From: an uncultured Bacteroidota bacterium
GTDB lineage: Bacteria; Bacteroidota; Ignavibacteria; UBA10030; UBA6906
Length of the DNA: 64,000 nucleotides
NCBI GenBank assembly: GCA_963700635.1
Contig: CAVOYH010000004.1
Location: 192,001-256,000 of the forward strand
Direction of reading: 5' to 3'
This document shows positions 59,601-64,000 of this stretch, in pieces; the stretch's first letter is position 1; each line of letters starts with the position of its first letter. The notes under the pieces are model-generated. The model was not told the origin of the DNA and did no database searches. It saw nothing but the letters and a program-made list of their open reading frames with translations. The position numbers and the translations under genes are program-made.

Positions 59601-60893
59601 AAGCATCGGAACAGCGGTTGCCTTGATCAGGCCGTTGATCTTTTCAATCCCGGCGGCCGACGCGAGCATCACGGGCTCCGGCAGCGTCTCATCCCACGAT
59701 CCCTGTTCGATCGTTCCCATGAGCGCCTTGAGCTTCATCGCAGCACCGTCCACATCAAGCTGGACGACATCGAATTTTGTTGGATCGCTCAGATCGAAAA
59801 CACCGTCCTTGATCGCACTCACCCCCGCACGGGGTGCCGCACGAAAGTCACCCGTGGTGAGGGTGTATTTCGTTTTCGCTGAGAAATTCAGGCTGGCACT
59901 GTCCGTGAACACACTCTTCCAGTTCGCCTTTACCGCTACGAATGAGGATGCGGGGATGCCTGCCATGGCCGGAATGGTGATATCGATGACAAGGCCGAGT
60001 TTGCGCATCAGGTCGGGATAATCTCCGAGGGAAGAAACCGCCTCATGGAACTCGACTTCGGGCAGCTTGGGAAACACCTTTCCGGGTTGCACCGGTTTCA
60101 CGGGGTCCATCGGTGTGTGGAACAGGCTGAACGCCATGAAATTCTTCATTACGTTCTGACCATTCGTCAGGATACGCCGTGAAGCGGCCAGATCCTTCAA
60201 AATGCTCTGGAGGCCGGCAGCGGCACCTGATTTTAATCGCATCCCCGGTCCCTTTACCAGCTGCTCCATGCTCCGCTGCATGCGGGCCCGGACAGGTGCA
60301 CTCATCATGTTCAGGGATGGTTGGACCGTCTGGAGGGATCTGAGATCGAGGCCCGGGGACACTGCGCCGGGGGTCTTGACGGTCGCCGTGCTGCTCATGA
60401 ACTCATAGAGAGAGACATCTTCAAATGCCTTGAGCACCTCCTGCACCGGAGGATAGCTGCCAGGCCAGCCGGCAGCGATCGTCGCGTACTTCTCCTTGAT
60501 GAATTCTTCGATCTCTTTCACCGGATAGGAGAGGATCGGCACCTTTCCGAGCGATTCGATCGCATAGGGTTTCACGGGAGAAGAAGGTGTGAACATTGCC
60601 TGCCAGTATGCGGGGTCAAGCGAGACATTCCAGAGCTTGGGATCGTCAAACGGTACGGTAGGACCATTCTCGAATTCCACGGACAAACGCAGGACATCGC
60701 GCACATGTTCCGTCCAGGCCAGGAGTTTGCTAAAATCATTCAGGGTCTTCATGACGACGGGCCCGGTCGGGTCGGCGTCCGGCGAGATCTCATCCGTACT
60801 CAAACGGAATGAGATGAACACTGAGAGTTTAAGCGCACCTCCGGTCGCCTTGCCGTTCGGGAGAGCCGTCCAGAGTAATGTTTGCGTGTTCAT
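56652..60893 (-). CDS. Large hypothetical protein (1413 aa) with FN3/Ig-like segments
   Basis: Long ORF, tight spacing to neighbours; YRLRARIADLAGN and VRYTVVAVSRF resemble FN3 strands; no signal peptide. Confidence 0.8.
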   Translation of the reverse strand: MNTQTLLWTALPNGKATGGALKLSVFISFRLSTDEISPDADPTGPVVMKTLNDFSKLLAWTEHVRDVLRLSVEFENGPTVPFDDPKLWNVSLDPAYWQAMFTPSSPVKPYAIESLGKVPILSYPVKEIEEFIKEKYATIAAGWPGSYPPVQEVLKAFEDVSLYEFMSSTATVKTPGAVSPGLDLRSLQTVQPSLNMMSAPVRARMQRSMEQLVKGPGMRLKSGAAAGLQSILKDLAASRRILTNGQNVMKNFMAFSLFHTPMDPVKPVQPGKVFPKLPEVEFHEAVSSLGDYPDLMRKLGLVIDITIPAMAGIPASSFVAVKANWKSVFTDSASLNFSAKTKYTLTTGDFRAAPRAGVSAIKDGVFDLSDPTKFDVVQLDVDGAAMKLKALMGTIEQGSWDETLPEPVMLASAAGIEKINGLIKATAVPMLPFISLPSLRTQGIALVRRDHSAEVLTRIDAQAAYNVNLSYAQVHPAVLKNPSPPTLEADKAAVRLYAEDLVRGYRVDAWSDATGKWHSLCKRKTAVSFGGKPGLSHAETTEGYVSIALTSPPPAEGETDAGSPDEMRLSENICRWDGWSLVAPRPGKRVSDLDEVENNDNPAVTFTKLSATTEAETGTLPRLRFGRKYRLRARIADLAGNGRDLAELSVNDVSIATRETTYLRLEPVASPAVVLRTPVKPGESVERVILRSNYDATVAAYLKAHDLDDPTPERHLLAPRCSQQMAEYHGRFDGLSAADAYALIVSHEGFPAKIYPGDSVTVPYLPDPLARGVALSFSWNGLPVGTVEYLDLLPGGTGWPDVRSFRIRIEEHTDAVTVEKGGDTLVIVKVPKAGVVTVRYSSYVDDAGANVLGIASWVADKSTAASAKVKEEAKKGQHWMITPYREMIIVHAVQQPLLEPSVEKLIPVKTYGATFAMIHGKIGVHGRSTDRFDLRAEWSEPFDDITMPEWTTVDGKGQAFSLPVKETDKSVLIGDQKVAVQSPGKEAGGQVNMALTLPGAQPSVTATPAPELQGPVSLVTSTHAEQRHDFGDTKYRKVRYTVVAVSRFRECFLDLLPTAGDMKKVKPPVPFTREQSVEAAVLNSARPHAPKVKYCVPTFQWERKEDARTIISRRCGGGIRVFLERPWFSSGDGELLGIVIRPGGKPLDENDPDDNRLRPFVTQWGLDPIVKSGGAIKAAPTLADFKNTERKQVDVTLEELPLAVGTANIGAGVPLHVAGYKPVFDKERNLWFADVVLDPGQAYFPFVRLALVRFQPNSIVNAHLSHAVLTDFIQVVPDRVAAVTFNTDKKITVQVAGVYASRYPGEVKPLAALNRSMYLTATLEKKVGEGDLTWIPVSGTMIPGSADEPDAADRMVPTELHETKMRWVKEITLSEPVAQGSKQYRIIVREFEVHHDAAGETVPRLVYADAIEL

Positions 60894-60910
60894 ATCAGGT
60901 CCCCGAATGA

Positions 60911-63900
60911 TTATTCCACCGCGAATGCGGCACGGTACCGCCCGTACTCATCCGCATTCGTCGTGTCCTTGAACAGTGGGTCGCCGGCCGATCCCTTGAA
61001 TTGTCGCGACGTAGACATCGACACTGATTTGCTGAAGAAGGCGATCTCGATCTTCACCTTTACCGTCGCCTTCCCCTCCATCTTTCCGTTCGACGTATAA
61101 CTCAGACCCAGATAGAACTCCACGGAGAGCGTGATCAATCCGAGGATCGCCAGCGCCCCGCCCAGGCGGACGTACGCCTCATAGTTCGTCGTGTCGGAGG
61201 ACTTCATGTAATAGAAGCCGCCCATCACCACCACCCCACCCTTTGCCACACCGAGGTTGATTGCAATGGCTCCGCCAAACTCCAGGGATGCCTCGAGCAC
61301 TTCCACTCCCCGCGGGGAGATGGAGATGCCGAAGAAACCACCCCCGCCAAACAGTGAGACGGTGAGAAGGAATGGGTTCTCCCGGGAACAGAAATCAAAT
61401 CCGACATTCAACGGATTCCCGTTGAAGGGGATTCCCAGTCTGGCACCAAGAGAGATATTCTGCAGACTGAAGGCGCCGACAGCGATCGTGGGAACGGAAA
61501 GTGAATACCCGGCGGTCACCCCCGACGTATTCACCTCGAGGAACGGAGGATCACTGAATCCTTTGGTGTCAACCACTGTCAGGATCTGGTTTACGAAGGA
61601 GAGTGCGCCAATAAAGCGGAGGTCTTTGATGTCGACGTCCACATCGACCTTGTTTCCGGGTTTGATAGTAAAGACCGCGCGGTTGAATTCGATCGCCATA
61701 AACTCCTGGATCTTCGGCAACAGGCGGAGCTCAAAATTCTTGAGTTCGCTCCGGACCGTCGCCACCGGGGCCGAACCGTTCATCGGCATTCGCAGCTCCA
61801 CGGTCACGGAAAGCCCGCCGGCGGGATCCTTCGGGACGAATACCCCGTCAAAGACCGCATCCGAAGAACCTGACGGCGCGACGTTCTTCTTCAGGCGGGG
61901 AGTCCAGGTCAGCGTCGTCCGCATGTATTCCGGACACGTTTCCGTCACCATGCGTGGCATGCGCCCCGCTTCGGCGGCGATATCCGGGATCGTGGCGATC
62001 AACGTGTACAGCGGAATCCCGCCGAGGATCTTGGCGTCAGAGAGCGCAGACTTGAAGTAGTCCACGGGGTCGAAGATGCCTGTCGCGAGCGATGCCACAC
62101 TTCCGCCAAAGGCGCCGACCTTTCGCGACATTCCGGTGATGCCCAGCGAAGGAGTCACGAGACCGCCTGACTTCTTCGAGTCTGCAGCGAAGTTGATCGG
62201 CAGTTCTTTCTTAAGCGAGACGAACACTTCGCCCTTGTTCTTGTTCCCGTCGAAGCCGTTCTGGATGTACGCCGGATCAAGCACGATGGTCTGTGCTGCA
62301 GCGGCGCCCAGAAGCTGTTCGGCCGGCGAGATATGCACGGAGGCTTCTTCTACCGTTGGATAGAAGGGTGGATCGTTGGTGGACTGGAGTGCGGACATCC
62401 CGTTGATGTTCACTTCACCGCCGAACTGAAGCATCTCCGTTTCGAACGATGTGTCGCCGGGCGTGACCGGGTCTGCGAAGGCAACACGCTGGCCGCCGAG
62501 TGAGCTCTTGCGCCTCTCCTTCCACTTCATGTAGTCGGAGAGTGCAGCAGCGGCCGTTGAGCCGTCGAATGTGACACCCCGATCCAGAAACAGGATCGGC
62601 GCCGTGAACTCCGAGGGTCTCCCTTCCCAGTCCTCACCGATGCAGTGGAAACCGAACGGTGTGCCGCCCACGACAGGCCAGAATGCCGATTGCCCCTTAT
62701 TCGCGACATCAGAGTCTTCAGGCTTGTCGAGATTCGGCGTGATGAGCGTCGTGATGCGGATCCGGCGATACGGCATCCGGCGTGCTTCCGATCCGGCGGG
62801 CATCGCGTTCTGGCCCGCGCCGGGATAAATTTTGTCACGTTCCTTGAGGATGATATACATGCGCTGGCGGAGGTACGCCACCGGAACAGGCTTTCCACCG
62901 AGGCCGAGTTTCTTGAGATGAAACTTGCGTTCGGTGATCTTGATAAGGGACGCCTTGTGACCGAACGGGAACAGGAACCCGGCGTACACGACACGGACAA
63001 AATGGTCGCGCCCCAGTGTTGCACGGTGGCGCCAGTGCTCAACCGACAGGCCGGGTGGGACGGGCCATTCCCAGTCGCCGACGACATTCATCCATCCGCC
63101 GAGCCCCGAGAGCATCAGGAGCTCTGCATTCATCGGCACGGGATCATAGCCGCTGTTGTGGAACCCGGCCGTAAGGTGCACGATTTCATGCCGGTCCTGC
63201 CGGTCGAGAGATGTGCGGTAGGGAACCATCGGCAGATGACCCGGACCCTGATCGGACTTCTCCTTGTAGTGCGGGGACCAGAGCGCCCGCAACGTTCTGA
63301 GCTGCGGTGGACCATCAGAGGAATTTCCCTGTGCATCACGGATCCCCAGACGCGTGTGCCACAATTCCACACGCCCATCGGACAGGGATGGTTCTGTTTG
63401 ATGCATCCAGGCTGCACGATCGTTGGGGGACATAAATAGCGCCGACGGCAATTCCAGAGCGGTATCGGTTTCACCAGGAGGGTTCGGCTTGAGCATCTGT
63501 CCCAGAAGTCCCGGAGGAATCGCTGGCGCAACGGGTGCAAGAACACCGGTCAGTTCAACATTCGCAAGGAGTTTCTGAAGTGAGGCGGCATGGAGGGTCG
63601 CGAGTTCGGGATCGGTATCAGCTTCGTGGGCAGCGGCATTCCGGAGGGTCTCGATGCGTTTGAACACCCATCGATCAGATTGGCCCGCGCGCACAGAGAC
63701 TTCCAGCACCTTGATATTGTCATCCAGTGCCTTGAATGCACCTTGCGTGGCGTTTTTCCGCGCCGGGGCCGCTCCGGGTGTGATGTCGCGCAACGCATCG
63801 AGCGCAACACCTGCGGCCTGACGCGCCCCGGATACGCCGCTCCGGAGTGCGGCTCTATTCTGAAGCATTGTAACATACGATTGCTGTTTCTTTGACAACA

Positions 63901-64000
63901 CAGAAGCAGGGCCCGTGACATTCAGCGGCAGGGTCCGGCACGCTTCGAGGAGCCCTTTCAGCGTGTATTCGATCGGCGCAGCATTGTTGGGCACCTTGAA
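60911..64000 (-). CDS. Large hypothetical protein (over 1029 aa, 5' end beyond window) with beta-hairpin-rich C-terminus
   Basis: Frame open to window edge (FKVPNN...); C-terminal third is Gly-rich alternating hydrophobic strands. Confidence 0.8.
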   Translation of the reverse strand, partial: FKVPNNAAPIEYTLKGLLEACRTLPLNVTGPASVLSKKQQSYVTMLQNRAALRSGVSGARQAAGVALDALRDITPGAAPARKNATQGAFKALDDNIKVLEVSVRAGQSDRWVFKRIETLRNAAAHEADTDPELATLHAASLQKLLANVELTGVLAPVAPAIPPGLLGQMLKPNPPGETDTALELPSALFMSPNDRAAWMHQTEPSLSDGRVELWHTRLGIRDAQGNSSDGPPQLRTLRALWSPHYKEKSDQGPGHLPMVPYRTSLDRQDRHEIVHLTAGFHNSGYDPVPMNAELLMLSGLGGWMNVVGDWEWPVPPGLSVEHWRHRATLGRDHFVRVVYAGFLFPFGHKASLIKITERKFHLKKLGLGGKPVPVAYLRQRMYIILKERDKIYPGAGQNAMPAGSEARRMPYRRIRITTLITPNLDKPEDSDVANKGQSAFWPVVGGTPFGFHCIGEDWEGRPSEFTAPILFLDRGVTFDGSTAAAALSDYMKWKERRKSSLGGQRVAFADPVTPGDTSFETEMLQFGGEVNINGMSALQSTNDPPFYPTVEEASVHISPAEQLLGAAAAQTIVLDPAYIQNGFDGNKNKGEVFVSLKKELPINFAADSKKSGGLVTPSLGITGMSRKVGAFGGSVASLATGIFDPVDYFKSALSDAKILGGIPLYTLIATIPDIAAEAGRMPRMVTETCPEYMRTTLTWTPRLKKNVAPSGSSDAVFDGVFVPKDPAGGLSVTVELRMPMNGSAPVATVRSELKNFELRLLPKIQEFMAIEFNRAVFTIKPGNKVDVDVDIKDLRFIGALSFVNQILTVVDTKGFSDPPFLEVNTSGVTAGYSLSVPTIAVGAFSLQNISLGARLGIPFNGNPLNVGFDFCSRENPFLLTVSLFGGGGFFGISISPRGVEVLEASLEFGGAIAINLGVAKGGVVVMGGFYYMKSSDTTNYEAYVRLGGALAILGLITLSVEFYLGLSYTSNGKMEGKATVKVKIEIAFFSKSVSMSTSRQFKGSAGDPLFKDTTNADEYGRYRAAFAVE

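Overview
Chromosomal window from a bacterium most likely in the Bacteroidota/Ignavibacteria (FCB) radiation. This is inferred from four proteins with T9SS-type C-terminal sorting domains, Gln following many predicted signal-peptidase sites, and a GWxTD protein. 1-28.7 kb is mostly core: rimO, GWxTD protein, Omp85/BamA-like, rnhB, yraN, cstA, a 2-hydroxyacid dehydrogenase, carB abutting an sxtI/J/K-like carbamoyltransferase module, hydrolases, tRNA-His-hisS-hutH, an aldo-keto reductase, msrB, a small glycosylation cluster and a queuosine-precursor transporter. The tRNA-His lacks the near-universal G-1/C73 identity element (genomic U at -1, G1:U72, A73) and sits directly before a HisRS with an alphaproteobacterial-like motif 2 loop. 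28.9-35.5 kb is a five-gene candidate trans-envelope electron conduit: cytochrome b-like membrane protein, 20- and 13-heme cytochromes c, beta-barrel, and a membrane-anchored 4Fe-4S/FAD/NAD(P)H reductase. 35.8-40.5 kb holds an emfourin-like lipoprotein, a T9SS M4 protease and another T9SS cargo. From tRNA-Ser(TGA) at 40.6 kb there is a decayed integrative island with a truncated integrase, one complete and three partial IS3-family elements, and foreign cargo. The window ends in an uncharacterised minus-strand operon of two giant proteins plus an outer-membrane barrel. Four single-base frameshifts, including one in essential hisS, suggest assembly indel errors. All calls are from motif reading only; no searches were run.
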